The notes under the pieces: model-generated | Told to the model about the DNA's origin: nothing | The model's database searches: none | Seen by the model: the letters and a program-made list of their open reading frames with translations, nothing else | Assembly (NCBI GenBank): GCA_963662715.1 | Contig: OY759724.1 | Span: 300,001 to 332,000 of the forward strand | Origin: Candidatus Omnitrophota bacterium | Lineage (GTDB): Bacteria > Omnitrophota > Gorgyraeia > Zapsychrales > JANLHA01 | Length of the DNA: 32,000 nt | Reading direction: 5' to 3' | Shown: in pieces, positions 1 through 10,240 of the stretch | Layout: every line of letters begins with the position of its first letter | How positions within the stretch are numbered: the first letter of the stretch is position 1 | Translations under genes and position numbers: made by a program

Positions 1-9
1 GATCTGCTC

Positions 10-1461
10 CTACCTGATTTTTTTATTGATAGACATATTTGGGGAAAGAATCCCAATTTTCTGAAAATTGTCCAAGCGGTCTTTCATTGTCTTAATAAAC
101 TTCCCCCGGAATGTCGAAGTGTTCAAATTCACAAGATCCTCGCGATTCCGTTTTAAATAATCAATCGCATACTGGTCAGCCTTTGTGAAGGACTTTGTCC
201 TCTCAATAGTACTTAGCGGCCCCCAATTGGTGAACGACAAATAAGTTTTCTTGACGCCATTCTTTTTATAAGACTTGACTTGCAGATGCACGGTATCTCC
301 GTTTTTAATCTTTTGCCTATCCCTCTGTCTGATCATCTCATTCTTAGGATGGGTATAATGAATTTTTCCATCCAAACCTTCAATCAACATGTAGCGTTTG
401 TCGTTTTGTTCATTGTGCAAGCCAAAGCCTACCACACGTCCGACAACATGCTGGCCTTCTTTAAGCTGGGTATAAACCAACGGTAACGAAGGATCAGAAA
501 TATGTTTGAGATGCATGGTCTTTCGTTTGATAATATCCTGTGTCATCTGATAGGTCTTAAGACCGTCTTCCAAGTCTTCGGATACATTCCAGGTCAGGAC
601 ACCGGTTTTACTGACAAATCCCATTGCCTCCAAGTATTGAAGACGTCCTAAAATCTGCAATCTCTTCTCTGTTTCAAAAAAACTTTCAGGAAGCTTTCCC
701 TTAAACGTTAATCTACCGGCATCATCTTTCATACGCAGAATATCCCTATCAAGTTCTGTCAACCTGTTTTGAGAAATCGTCTTTTCCCGGCGTCTTAAAA
801 TATCACTGTTTAATCGGACACCTATTTGCCGAGTAGCCTCTTCCCTTGAGCGGAAACGTATTCCTTTCTTAATATAATTTTTGTTCATAATAAGTTCATT
901 TCCCATCTCATCCTTTCCCCTTAAAACAATATGCACATGCGGGTCATCGGTGTTGTAATGATCAATCGCCATCCATTCCAATCGCGTCCCCAAATCCGAT
1001 TCCATTCTCTGCATAAGATGACGGACATGCACCTTTAAATCCATACGCTCTGCCTGTTCGGGAGAAACAATAATCTTAAACACATGCCCGTCACCTTCCT
1101 TTTGCCAGGCATCAAGTTTTTGTGATAAATCAACCTCTTCTTCCTCTGCTGAAAATCCCTTGCCACGCCTGCCCTCTATCTGCGCACCCTCACGTTCCAA
1201 ATACCGACCATGCGCTTTCCACTGTCCGGAATGATGATTCACCGCGTAAGAAACCTTCACCACACTATTTTGAAAATTCCTCCCAGGATAAAAAAACCGT
1301 CCGCTCCCCTTAATTTCACTAGTACCTTCCCGTGTTTTATTAACAGCAGCTTTAATTAACCAAAGCTGTCCAAAAGATGTTGACTTCTCAAACCTTCGCC
1401 TTGAAGAACGGACGCGCAACAGCAACTCATTTATGTCATCTTTATTTTTGTGCAGAACCAT
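10..1461 (-). CDS. Relaxase/mobilization nuclease, VirD2/MobA type, with a long C-terminal extension (DUF3363-like)
   Basis: 483-aa ORF. The histidine-triad motif DHYNTDDPHVHIVLRG resembles VirD2 HTDRDHPHLHVVV. The N-terminal VVKVSYAVNHH...AHGRYLEREGA resembles the conserved relaxase block that carries the catalytic Tyr. Confidence 0.85.
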   Translation of the reverse strand: MVLHKNKDDINELLLRVRSSRRRFEKSTSFGQLWLIKAAVNKTREGTSEIKGSGRFFYPGRNFQNSVVKVSYAVNHHSGQWKAHGRYLEREGAQIEGRRGKGFSAEEEEVDLSQKLDAWQKEGDGHVFKIIVSPEQAERMDLKVHVRHLMQRMESDLGTRLEWMAIDHYNTDDPHVHIVLRGKDEMGNELIMNKNYIKKGIRFRSREEATRQIGVRLNSDILRRREKTISQNRLTELDRDILRMKDDAGRLTFKGKLPESFFETEKRLQILGRLQYLEAMGFVSKTGVLTWNVSEDLEDGLKTYQMTQDIIKRKTMHLKHISDPSLPLVYTQLKEGQHVVGRVVGFGLHNEQNDKRYMLIEGLDGKIHYTHPKNEMIRQRDRQKIKNGDTVHLQVKSYKKNGVKKTYLSFTNWGPLSTIERTKSFTKADQYAIDYLKRNREDLVNLNTSTFRGKFIKTMKDRLDNFQKIGILSPNMSINKKIR

Positions 1462-1465
1462 ATAT

Positions 1466-1741
1466 TCACCTCATCATTTTGTTAATAGAAATCTTTTTAC
1501 TTCGGGTAAAATCAACCTTCAATCCTTGTTGAGTTTGGCGGACGGCAATCACGTTCCCTACCTTGAATTTCTTTACATAATCGCCTTTGACCCTCAATAT
1601 CCATTTCTTCTCACGATCCTCAAGAACAATATCGGATATCTTTTGTATTTTTTGATCAGGAGATTGCCGAATACTCTTGATTGTTCCCCTAACCTGCCTC
1701 CCAGGATGAAGCTCAATTTTTTTCATTTTTTCTTCTGCCAC
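1466..1741 (-). CDS. Small basic hypothetical protein (91 aa) between the VirB11-like ATPase and the relaxase; possible relaxosome accessory protein
   Basis: ORF packed 4 nt upstream of the relaxase start and 16 nt downstream of the ATPase stop, on the same strand. No recognisable motif. Weak resemblance to the relaxase C-terminal region. Confidence 0.5.
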   Translation of the reverse strand: MAEEKMKKIELHPGRQVRGTIKSIRQSPDQKIQKISDIVLEDREKKWILRVKGDYVKKFKVGNVIAVRQTQQGLKVDFTRSKKISINKMMR

Positions 1742-1757
1742 GACTTTATTCCTATGC

Positions 1758-2777
1758 TTAATTCGTCAACTCAAACAAGCTCACGATACGATTAAACGAC
1801 ATGTCCTGTCTCATTTTTATATTTTGTACGATATATCTTTCTCTCCTTCGATCATATCCTTGTACTTTGAGAATTTCTTTAATCGTCCTTCCTGCTAAAG
1901 TCCCCGGTGCCCTTGCGATAAAGATAATTACATTGATCGTATCAGCAATAACCTCCGGTAAAGGTATGACATTACCTTCACGGATCAACTGCTCAATTCG
2001 GCGAAGCCCGCCTATAGCATGACTGGCATGTACCGTACATGCCCCAGGATGCCCCGTATTCCAAGCCTTAATCATGGTGTTAGCCTCTTTACCTCTGACC
2101 TCACCGACTACGATACGGTCAGGATTGTTTCTTAAACAATTACGAAGAAGATCATCCATATTCCGATGACGGCAACTACGGAACGCCAGCCTTTTTTCTA
2201 TACGACACTGCAACTCAAAAGTGTCCTCAATAGTAATAATCCGCTCCTCAGGAAATTGTCGTCCCATATCATCAAGGATAGCGTTAAGTAATGTTGTTTT
2301 TCCTGACCCGGTACTCCCGGCTACAAGAATCGTCTGCCTGTTTCCAATCACTTCCTGAATAAAGTCCTTCTCATCAGCAGAGATAATTCCTTGCCCCACA
2401 TATTCCTGCAAAGTTACAACTCTTGAAGCCGGAATCCTGATGGTAAAACACGGGTGTGTCACAATGGGTGGAATCTGACCTTGGAACCTTAACAACCGCC
2501 ATTCATTATCAATACAAAACGGAATCTCTCCGCTTATATCCGGATTGTCCCGGTCAACAATCGCATCGGTTATCCCGGCCACCGTACAGATAATGTTATA
2601 GGCCCGTGATGCATCAAGAGTCCCGCATTTTCTGACTCCTTCAAACGTATCTGCCCACACAATCCCATCCGGATTAAGCATCACGTCCGTTACTCTATGA
2701 TCAGAAATCACAGACAATAAATCTTCACCAAGGACAGATACAAATTTCTCGTTATTAAAATGACCATTCAAAATCAA
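1758..2777 (-). CDS. virB11: T4SS traffic ATPase, VirB11/TrbB family
   Basis: 339 aa. Walker A is VAGSTGSGKTTLLNAI. IVVGEVRG and GHPG..T.HA are the typical VirB11/PulE His-box-like motifs. Confidence 0.9.
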   Translation of the reverse strand: MILNGHFNNEKFVSVLGEDLLSVISDHRVTDVMLNPDGIVWADTFEGVRKCGTLDASRAYNIICTVAGITDAIVDRDNPDISGEIPFCIDNEWRLLRFQGQIPPIVTHPCFTIRIPASRVVTLQEYVGQGIISADEKDFIQEVIGNRQTILVAGSTGSGKTTLLNAILDDMGRQFPEERIITIEDTFELQCRIEKRLAFRSCRHRNMDDLLRNCLRNNPDRIVVGEVRGKEANTMIKAWNTGHPGACTVHASHAIGGLRRIEQLIREGNVIPLPEVIADTINVIIFIARAPGTLAGRTIKEILKVQGYDRRRERYIVQNIKMRQDMSFNRIVSLFELTN

Positions 2778-2781
2778 TCCC

Positions 2782-4044
2782 TCACGGTGTTAAAATGATG
2801 TCTTTTAAAACCAAGACGTTAAATTTATAACCAGGCCGTATTTCAATGGTCGGTTGAATATTGATATTTTTTCTCATCATCTCGGTCGTGACCTGAGTCA
2901 ATTGCTGACCTATACCGGAAGCGACCTTATCTCTTGCTTCGTCACTATCTGAATCATCATTCAACAATTCATACCCGGCCCCAACCAGACTCAGTAAAAA
3001 CGCATTACCGTAAATCCGCCAATAATGATGATTGACTTTATCTTCAAACCCAGCGTATCCGGCAGAATCAACTCCCTGCATCTTATCCAGGTTTAAACTC
3101 GACCCATCAGGAAATATAAGTCTCGTCCAAATCACAAGGGCACGATTTTGTCCCAGGCTTACCTGACTGTTATACTGGCCGATTAACCTTGCTCCCTGCG
3201 GAATAAGCACATGCTCCCCAGTCACAGTATCGTAAATGTTTTCCCGAACCTGTGCGATAATGTTTCCCGGAAGATCAGAATTAATTCCTGTCATAAGGGC
3301 CGCTGGAATAACCGTACCAGCCTTTATTTCAAATTCTGAAATAGGTTTCTTCTTGGTGTGCATTAAATACTCCCCGGCATACCCGGCGGATTGGATGAAA
3401 TCTTTTTTACTGCCCTGCATATTCTGATCCTGATAACCAGCCAAGCCTTCGGGATATCGTGACGGCGATGATTCTTTTAATTGTGAAACCTTGTTATCAG
3501 AAGACATCGCCGTTGTATTATTCTCAAATTCATTCTCCCCGTTCCTGCCGACTAAGACCTCAGCCGGAGATTTTACCGCCCTTAAATAGAACTTGCGTTC
3601 CTCAATCTGCATCTGTTGCTCCAGCCGCAATAATTCCAATTGTGTTTTCCGTTCCTCTTCTTCATAATCCTGCTCAAACGAATTCTTTGGTTGCAAAACA
3701 ACCGGATTATCTTCAAAAGACACATTGTCAGATTTATCCTCATTTGTATTTTCTGTCTCTTTCGTGCTATCATCCGGCACATGCGTTTGGCGGATATCAT
3801 CATACTTTTTATCCAAAAACCATTCATCGTCCGAAACCTTTGAAATACTGCCTAACTGCGCCTGGTCAAGCCGGCTTTCCTTTTTCTGGCGTCTTTGTTC
3901 CTGTTTCCCGGCGACGTTAAAAATTAGATAAACAACTACACATATCAAACATGCTAAGGCCATGATAAGAGGGGTCTTTCTGATTTTGACAATACCGCTC
4001 GGAACAGGTTTAAGAATATTGGGGCCGTCTAATCGGTCACTCAT
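2782..4044 (-). CDS. trbI: T4SS protein TrbI/VirB10
   Basis: 420 aa with an N-terminal TM helix and an acidic linker. The C-terminal block GTVIPAALMTGINSDLPGNIIAQV...LIPQGARLIGQYNS...GQNRALVIWTRLIFPDGSS is the classic TrbI/VirB10 signature. It overlaps the trbG stop by 4 nt. Confidence 0.88.
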   Translation of the reverse strand: MSDRLDGPNILKPVPSGIVKIRKTPLIMALACLICVVVYLIFNVAGKQEQRRQKKESRLDQAQLGSISKVSDDEWFLDKKYDDIRQTHVPDDSTKETENTNEDKSDNVSFEDNPVVLQPKNSFEQDYEEEERKTQLELLRLEQQMQIEERKFYLRAVKSPAEVLVGRNGENEFENNTTAMSSDNKVSQLKESSPSRYPEGLAGYQDQNMQGSKKDFIQSAGYAGEYLMHTKKKPISEFEIKAGTVIPAALMTGINSDLPGNIIAQVRENIYDTVTGEHVLIPQGARLIGQYNSQVSLGQNRALVIWTRLIFPDGSSLNLDKMQGVDSAGYAGFEDKVNHHYWRIYGNAFLLSLVGAGYELLNDDSDSDEARDKVASGIGQQLTQVTTEMMRKNINIQPTIEIRPGYKFNVLVLKDIILTP

Positions 4045-5108
4045 CGTTTACCCCCCTTTACAACAGAAATAATTTCCTTACTCTTTTTTGTTCTTAATAC
4101 CAGCACTCCCTTATCAAACAACCGGTCTATCTCAAACACTAGATTTCCGTTCTCTGCTCGCTTGGTTCGGTAGTTGACAATTTCATACTCGTTATCATTC
4201 CCCACTACGAAAAATACCGGAAGCTCATAGGAATCAACTATCTTGGGGAACTGAATAAAAACTTTTTTCCCATCGTCGTATATCCTGTCCGGCCACCAGG
4301 GCTGTCTCTTTTTTCCTTTAACCTCGTAGTAAAAATTATAGTCATCAAACATATAAATCCTCGAATAATGATCTTTATCTGGCCGGTTAGATTGTGTTTC
4401 TGTGGACAATTCGGGTAAATCAACTTTTATGGAATGTTCCTGCGGATAAAAAAATCCGATGTATGGGGTATACTCCCCTTCCGGTACGGATTTTAAAACA
4501 ATGTAATAAAACCTCCTGTTTGTAGAAATAGCAATCGTTGTTTCCATTTTTTCGGTCACAAGCGGCTTGACGATCACATGCTGTTTGAACGTCTCCCCAT
4601 CACCGATATGCGAAACACCGATCCACCACCGCTGCGTATCTCCGGGATTAAGGTCCATCACCCGTTCTCCTGCTTCCAGTTCAATATGACATGTTCGCAA
4701 TGGAACACACACCAGTTCAGGCTGTGATAAGCTGTATGGAAAAAGAATTTTATTTCCTACAATAATAGGCTCTACTTTCCCATTCTTTTGATAGTTCAAG
4801 ATAGAAGCCTTAACAGCATTGTATTCACCGACAGGCCTTGCCTTGATCCCCAAAGCTTTCACGTCCACCGGATCATTTTTAAGAAACTCCTGCACCATCG
4901 AATTATTCAATGCTTCCTGATTTTTTTCTTGTTGTTTTTTCTCCGCCAACTCTTCCTTTCTTTTTTCCCTCATAGACCGGGTCAAGGACTCAACGGCAAC
5001 GTCTGTTTTCTCTGTCCATAAAAGCGATCTCTCGCATGTTGCACACCCGCTAAATCCAAATATCAGCGCAATAAATATACTCACTCTTTTCATTCTCATC
5101 ATCCTCAC
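4041..5108 (-). CDS. trbG: T4SS outer-membrane core protein TrbG/VirB9, predicted lipoprotein
   Basis: 355 aa. Signal peptide with lipobox IFGFSGC. The C-terminal WWPDRIYDDGKKVFIQFPK...PVFFVV resembles the TrbG/VirB9 C-terminal domain. Operon position is between trbF and trbI. Confidence 0.8.
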   Translation of the reverse strand: MRMMRMKRVSIFIALIFGFSGCATCERSLLWTEKTDVAVESLTRSMREKRKEELAEKKQQEKNQEALNNSMVQEFLKNDPVDVKALGIKARPVGEYNAVKASILNYQKNGKVEPIIVGNKILFPYSLSQPELVCVPLRTCHIELEAGERVMDLNPGDTQRWWIGVSHIGDGETFKQHVIVKPLVTEKMETTIAISTNRRFYYIVLKSVPEGEYTPYIGFFYPQEHSIKVDLPELSTETQSNRPDKDHYSRIYMFDDYNFYYEVKGKKRQPWWPDRIYDDGKKVFIQFPKIVDSYELPVFFVVGNDNEYEIVNYRTKRAENGNLVFEIDRLFDKGVLVLRTKKSKEIISVVKGGKR

Positions 5109-5115
5109 CCCCGCA

Positions 5116-5793
5116 TTAAAGTGTTTTTGACCAAGAAATGCTTTTAATAAATATCCCGAAAGGATTAGCCGGATTATCCCTTAATGTCTTTGGTGAATCA
5201 GGCGGGATTTGCGTAACAATAAATAATCCCTTCCAGCGGCAACGCTCAATTTCCGTGTTATTCATATCACGCTCAGTTTCCTCCCATTCAACAATATAGG
5301 TATTCTCGGTTTGCTTTAGAAAGGTTAAAGGCTTAACCTGGACAGACTTTTTCCTTGCCATATCAAAAGGATTATTCTCCTGGTAATATTCATTCAGGAA
5401 ATTCCTGACAGGCGGGGCAGCCAAACGGTAAACATCATCAAAATTTTTACGCATCGCTTCCGGGTCTGAAATTATTGACCGGGCCATTTCGATAAAATCA
5501 TATAAGTAGGCACGAATAATTTTGTCATCTGCCATTTCTGTTTTTTGTGCAGGACCAGAAGCCACAGCCCGTCCTGTTTGGTCAACTTCGACAATCCAGG
5601 GAACTATTTCTCTTCTTAACCCTGTGGCAATCAGTCCTATCGCCAAGACAAAAATTATCAGCAATTCAAAGCAAGCGGCAATTTGCCAATTGTGCTTCTC
5701 CTGAATCGGCTGATTAAATAAGGCATTCCATTCCTTTCGAATATTGTGATAAGGATTCTTTTGATCCTTAGATTGTTTATTTGGTGTTTCCAT
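5116..5793 (-). CDS. trbF: T4SS protein TrbF (VirB8-like)
   Basis: 225 aa. NPYHNIRKEWNALF...W, then a TM helix, then VPWIVEVDQTGRA match the TrbF N-terminal pattern. It overlaps the 3' end of trbL by 17 nt. Confidence 0.8.
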   Translation of the reverse strand: METPNKQSKDQKNPYHNIRKEWNALFNQPIQEKHNWQIAACFELLIIFVLAIGLIATGLRREIVPWIVEVDQTGRAVASGPAQKTEMADDKIIRAYLYDFIEMARSIISDPEAMRKNFDDVYRLAAPPVRNFLNEYYQENNPFDMARKKSVQVKPLTFLKQTENTYIVEWEETERDMNNTEIERCRWKGLFIVTQIPPDSPKTLRDNPANPFGIFIKSISWSKTL

Positions 5794-6952
5794 GATTGTC
5801 TCCTGTATTTAAACCTCGTCTGGTCCCTCTACCTAAACCAGCTCCTGCTGATAATGTCTTAATATAATTCGCAACCTTCCCGCCGCCGGTTCTTGAAATA
5901 GATGCCTGCATCCTCTCTTTAAATTGACTGCCGGCTGCTGAAGCCAGCGTCTTAATCGTTGTGCCCGTAGCTATACCTATTTTGCCTATAGGTGTTGCTC
6001 CCGGAGTCATCTGGGCCTTTGCAACTCCGACCTTTGTGGCTTCATAAACAGCCGCACCTGCACCGACCGTTTCCCGTGCTGCCCCTGTCGTGCTGTGGAT
6101 TAAAGTTCGTGCTCCGTATAGACCGCCTAAAGCAGTACCGGCAGCTATCGTTCCAATACCGTGTCCAAAATTCATATTAATTGATCCGGTTAATAATGAT
6201 GCGCCCATATCCGGCACCTTCAACGCCATAAAAAGATAAGTCAAACTTGCCGCCAGAATAGAAAAGTAAGACTCAAAAAGATTGCCCTGTGCATTTTTAA
6301 CAACATTGATCCAATTGGTCGTCAATGTCTCGCCTAACCCCACAATCAAGGTTAGGAATAAAAGTTTTAATCCAATGTGAACAGCAGTCACAAAATACCG
6401 TTCTGCAAACTGTCTCGTCCATTGGCTCCCTGCAAAGCCTAAAACAACTATCCCTCCGGCTAAAATTATTTTCCCTCCGATTAAGGTTAGGGCCATTTCA
6501 ATAGAAATAAGTAAAAACGAAAGGAATACAAGAAGAGCAACAATCACATTAAAGATCGCAGCCCCGACCTTTTCCAGTAATCCGCCCGCAAAGGATGTCG
6601 TGAGCATAGTGCTCGCCAAATCGACTCCCCGTCTTGCCACATCGCCGGGATACAATTGACTTACGCCCACCATCTGCTCCCCTGCCTCGCGCAAGCTGTT
6701 ATAGATAGCTGGTATCCATGTGTCGGCATGATCAATCACCATGAGAAAGAATGACAGCACCAAAATCTTTTTGGCAAACTCAACCATAAGATTCGTCGGG
6801 TCGTCTCTGTTGAGCATCCACACGATTCCGGCCCAAATGATTTGAATGACAGCCAGCAACATAAAAAGGTCATGCGCAATATTAATTGCGATCACTTCCC
6901 AATTAAAAATATCATTGTTGTACTGGGCTAATAAATTATCGAAAATCTGCAT
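5777..6952 (-). CDS. trbL: T4SS inner-membrane protein TrbL/VirB6
   Basis: 391 aa, polytopic with about 6 hydrophobic helices and a Gly/Ala/Thr-rich C-terminal tail. Sits after trbJ. Confidence 0.8.
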   Translation of the reverse strand: MQIFDNLLAQYNNDIFNWEVIAINIAHDLFMLLAVIQIIWAGIVWMLNRDDPTNLMVEFAKKILVLSFFLMVIDHADTWIPAIYNSLREAGEQMVGVSQLYPGDVARRGVDLASTMLTTSFAGGLLEKVGAAIFNVIVALLVFLSFLLISIEMALTLIGGKIILAGGIVVLGFAGSQWTRQFAERYFVTAVHIGLKLLFLTLIVGLGETLTTNWINVVKNAQGNLFESYFSILAASLTYLFMALKVPDMGASLLTGSINMNFGHGIGTIAAGTALGGLYGARTLIHSTTGAARETVGAGAAVYEATKVGVAKAQMTPGATPIGKIGIATGTTIKTLASAAGSQFKERMQASISRTGGGKVANYIKTLSAGAGLGRGTRRGLNTGDNHGNTK

Positions 6953-7035
6953 CGGATAACCTTTTCCTTCTTAGACACTTCTTCCTTTTCTTAACAAATC
7001 CAGAATATTTATTAATAAAGGGGAGTTTATAAGAA

Positions 7036-7758
7036 TCAATACCCAGGGGTATTTCCCGCCGTAAACGGTATTTCATGAAAAAACTCTTCAGCAGCGGCAT
7101 TGTCCGCGGCTTCCTTATTAACCTGATGCGCCATATAGGCATTTTGGGCCTGTATCTGTGACATATTAAGCTGACGAAGTTTTTGTAGCTGTCCTACCAT
7201 TTCATTAGCGATCATATTCGCTGCCTGTAAAGCCTGGGTCTGGCCTTCCGCACTATCTGAAAGATTTCGTATTGTTTTCATAGTGGCATCTTCTGTCTGA
7301 AACTGATTGCTTTGTAATCCCGCTGCCGCAAAAGATCCGGCAATCGAATCCAGTGTTGTCTGCGACCAGTCCTGATAAGATTGAATATAATCTACAGGCG
7401 GGTCATACCCAGGATACTTTGCTTTAAACACCTGTTCGATATTCTGCAAGGTATAAGACATGGCCTGCCCTTGCTTGACAATCTGCTGAAGTTGCTGCAA
7501 AGCCTGGATTGTTTTTCCCCACTCGCTTTGAGGAAACGTGGCAATACTTTTAAACATCTCGATTTGATTCTGGATCATCTGAATTTGATTAACTACCATC
7601 TGTGCCTGTTTGGCTACTGAAGCAATCAACTCAGCATGATTCAATAACTGTGTCATTTCCGTCGCATAGATAGCATAGGAATTTTTAATAGGAACAATGC
7701 TAAAAATAAATATAAAAATCATATGTGTTATACGTTGATGTAATAGTTGTGTCTTCAT
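7036..7758 (-). CDS. trbJ: T4SS protein TrbJ (VirB5-like), secreted coiled-coil
   Basis: 240 aa with a signal peptide and a Gln-rich helical body (QMVVNQIQMIQNQIEMFK...). Lies immediately after trbE with a 4-nt gap. Confidence 0.7.
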   Translation of the reverse strand: MKTQLLHQRITHMIFIFIFSIVPIKNSYAIYATEMTQLLNHAELIASVAKQAQMVVNQIQMIQNQIEMFKSIATFPQSEWGKTIQALQQLQQIVKQGQAMSYTLQNIEQVFKAKYPGYDPPVDYIQSYQDWSQTTLDSIAGSFAAAGLQSNQFQTEDATMKTIRNLSDSAEGQTQALQAANMIANEMVGQLQKLRQLNMSQIQAQNAYMAHQVNKEAADNAAAEEFFHEIPFTAGNTPGY

Positions 7759-7762
7759 CGTC

Positions 7763-10231
7763 TTACCCCCTCCTGTTTGTTAAACTTTCATAAACCTCAT
7801 CCCATAAACCAGCCTCTTCATTCAAGCCATACTCACTCAACCAATATTTCACCCACGCCTCACCATGTTTTTGCTCCAAAGATTTAATTCGTTTGATATC
7901 TTCTAAAGAAGTCTTTCCCATAAAACTTAAAAATGCTTTCTCCAACTCCAAATCTATTAAGCGCATCCCTAAAGGAGAAGTGTAATAATAATGTTTCTTC
8001 GCAATCGCATTGGCAATGATCCCAATTTGCGTTTCATTTAGCCCTAAAGTTTTATACGCTTCTTCTCCTGTGGGGGATGCGGCTTGAGGATTGGGTAAAT
8101 AGACTTTGACCGGACAAGATTCAAGGATCACATCTTTGATCGAAGAATGAATAATGTCTGTGACATGCTGAGTACAAAAAACCACACATGCATTAGCCTT
8201 GCGCAGTTCACGAAGCCAGATTTTGAGTTTTTCTCTAAACATTTGATCATCAAAGACCGTCCATGCTTCATCAACCGCGATAAGTGTCGGGGCGCCGCTT
8301 AATCGCCGTTCAATCTGGTGAAACAGATAAGATAAGACCGGAATCGAAAACCGTTTTTCCTCTTCCATGAGCTTTGAGATTTCAAATACCTGGAAATGTC
8401 CATCCTGTAAGCTGTCATGTGATGCATCCAGCAAGTGCGCCATAACTCCCTTTTGGGTTGAGACGAACGGGTCAAGTGCTTTGCGTATTTCAGTGTTTTG
8501 AATGTTTAAACAAAAGTTCGAAAGTGTTTTCTCTTTATCTGACCGCAAGGCATTTATGGCATTACTGATCGCAATACGCTTCTCCGGGTTCATTTCAACC
8601 CCGGCTAATACGATCAACTCTTCCATCCATTCGCAGGCCCATCGTTTTTCGCTCTCAACAGCAATGTCTTTTAACGGAGAAAAGGTCAGGTGACTGTCAT
8701 CATCCAGGATGGGATAATGACGCGCACTACACGCCTTGACTAAAGCAAACATACTATTTCGTTTATCAAAACAAAATACCTGTGCTCCAGGGTAACGCAA
8801 GAATTGAACGCACATAAGGGAAAGTAATGTTGATTTACCTGATCCGGTCGGCCCGCAAATCATAGTATGCCCCACGTCATCCACATAATTGTTAAACCGG
8901 AAAGGCGCAGCTCCTTGCGTCGAAGCATAGAATAAGGAAGGGCTGTTTTTCTCAAGTCGAGGATTAGGATTGTACTCCTGTCCTGTCCATGTTCCGGCGA
9001 GCGGCATCAAATGAGTCATATTCAATGTATGTATGAGCGGCTTTCTGACATTACGAGCACTATCACCCGGCAAACTTCCAAGATACGCTTCAATAGCATT
9101 AATTGTTTCCACACGGGCCGGAAACCGTTTATCCGTTAGTAAATCACGGACAATTTTAACGCGCCGTTGACATTCACTCTCATCCTCGCAAATGATAACA
9201 ATGACCGATGAAAAATAACCGTAACGAACACCCCCTGCCTGAGCGATAGTCATAGCCTGATGAGCGTCCGCAGCCTTTTCGGCAGCTTCAATATTGCCAT
9301 ACTGACTCTCAGAGCCAGGCGAGATAATTTGCAGGATGATATTCTTTAAATTAAATTGTTTATTGTGCCATTTGAGCAATACCTTTTTGATTTCTTGCTC
9401 CGCATCAACCGGATCAAGGACAATAAAACGGATGGAGAACCGGTATTCAAAAGGCAAAGACATCAAGGCATTGCCAAGCATCTCGCTATGACTTTCCGAA
9501 GGGAACCCAACCACAGCAACCACACCGATATATTTCCCATCAATTTGCGGATGTATCCCACCGGTGAAGTCATACCCGCCCAGCAGATAATTAAGAAAAC
9601 CACCCTGCACATCGGCAAAATCAATGTATCGTGCAGTAATACAATAGTGAAGAAATCCCTGCATTTGTGTAGATGACATCTGTTCAACGTTTAACCGTGC
9701 ACCGCTAAGTCCGGATTCCACCTCAAGAATGACCTGCTTAAATTCTCGGCACAAAGATTCCATGTCTCTTTGCTTAACAGCATCGATTTTGTTTTTCTTC
9801 TCAGAAGTGACAAATAGCTTTTGAAACTTCCTGTCCTGTAAAGCCGAAGGTTTGTAGGTCAACGTTAAAACGTAGACCGTTTCAAAATGCCTCTGTGCCG
9901 ACTCAAAATTACTTTTTCGCTCACAATCAATAAGCCAGGATGTAGCATCAGGGAAAGAATTGTCATGAGGATATTCTGTAACAGGAATACGAATGGCATT
10001 AACATTGATAACCCAGCCTGTGCGCAGACTGCCCAGGACTGCGTTAACCTGAGAACATAGCGCATCTTTATCCTGAGCAGAGGACGAATCCAGATCAGGG
10101 CCGTGATAGTAAAATCCGGCCATTAAACTTCCGTCTTTATTGAGCAGAATACCCTCGTCTACAAAACCGAAGTAATTGATAAGATCAGGGAATCCTTTAA
10201 AATTATTTTGTGCTTCACTGTTTTTCTGCAT
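7763..10231 (-). CDS. trbE: T4SS ATPase TrbE/VirB4
   Basis: 822 aa. Walker A is ICGPTGSGKSTLL. Walker B-like region is PTLIAVDEAW, followed by VVFCTQH. Confidence 0.95.
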   Translation of the reverse strand: MQKNSEAQNNFKGFPDLINYFGFVDEGILLNKDGSLMAGFYYHGPDLDSSSAQDKDALCSQVNAVLGSLRTGWVINVNAIRIPVTEYPHDNSFPDATSWLIDCERKSNFESAQRHFETVYVLTLTYKPSALQDRKFQKLFVTSEKKNKIDAVKQRDMESLCREFKQVILEVESGLSGARLNVEQMSSTQMQGFLHYCITARYIDFADVQGGFLNYLLGGYDFTGGIHPQIDGKYIGVVAVVGFPSESHSEMLGNALMSLPFEYRFSIRFIVLDPVDAEQEIKKVLLKWHNKQFNLKNIILQIISPGSESQYGNIEAAEKAADAHQAMTIAQAGGVRYGYFSSVIVIICEDESECQRRVKIVRDLLTDKRFPARVETINAIEAYLGSLPGDSARNVRKPLIHTLNMTHLMPLAGTWTGQEYNPNPRLEKNSPSLFYASTQGAAPFRFNNYVDDVGHTMICGPTGSGKSTLLSLMCVQFLRYPGAQVFCFDKRNSMFALVKACSARHYPILDDDSHLTFSPLKDIAVESEKRWACEWMEELIVLAGVEMNPEKRIAISNAINALRSDKEKTLSNFCLNIQNTEIRKALDPFVSTQKGVMAHLLDASHDSLQDGHFQVFEISKLMEEEKRFSIPVLSYLFHQIERRLSGAPTLIAVDEAWTVFDDQMFREKLKIWLRELRKANACVVFCTQHVTDIIHSSIKDVILESCPVKVYLPNPQAASPTGEEAYKTLGLNETQIGIIANAIAKKHYYYTSPLGMRLIDLELEKAFLSFMGKTSLEDIKRIKSLEQKHGEAWVKYWLSEYGLNEEAGLWDEVYESLTNRRG

Positions 10232-10240
10232 GGCAACCTC

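Noticed and set aside
6936-7142. 68-aa ORF between trbJ and trbL, considered as a possible TrbK-like entry-exclusion gene.
   Set aside because: It overlaps the last ~107 nt of trbJ in another frame, is highly basic (Arg/Lys runs) rather than lipoprotein-like, and has no signal peptide or lipobox.
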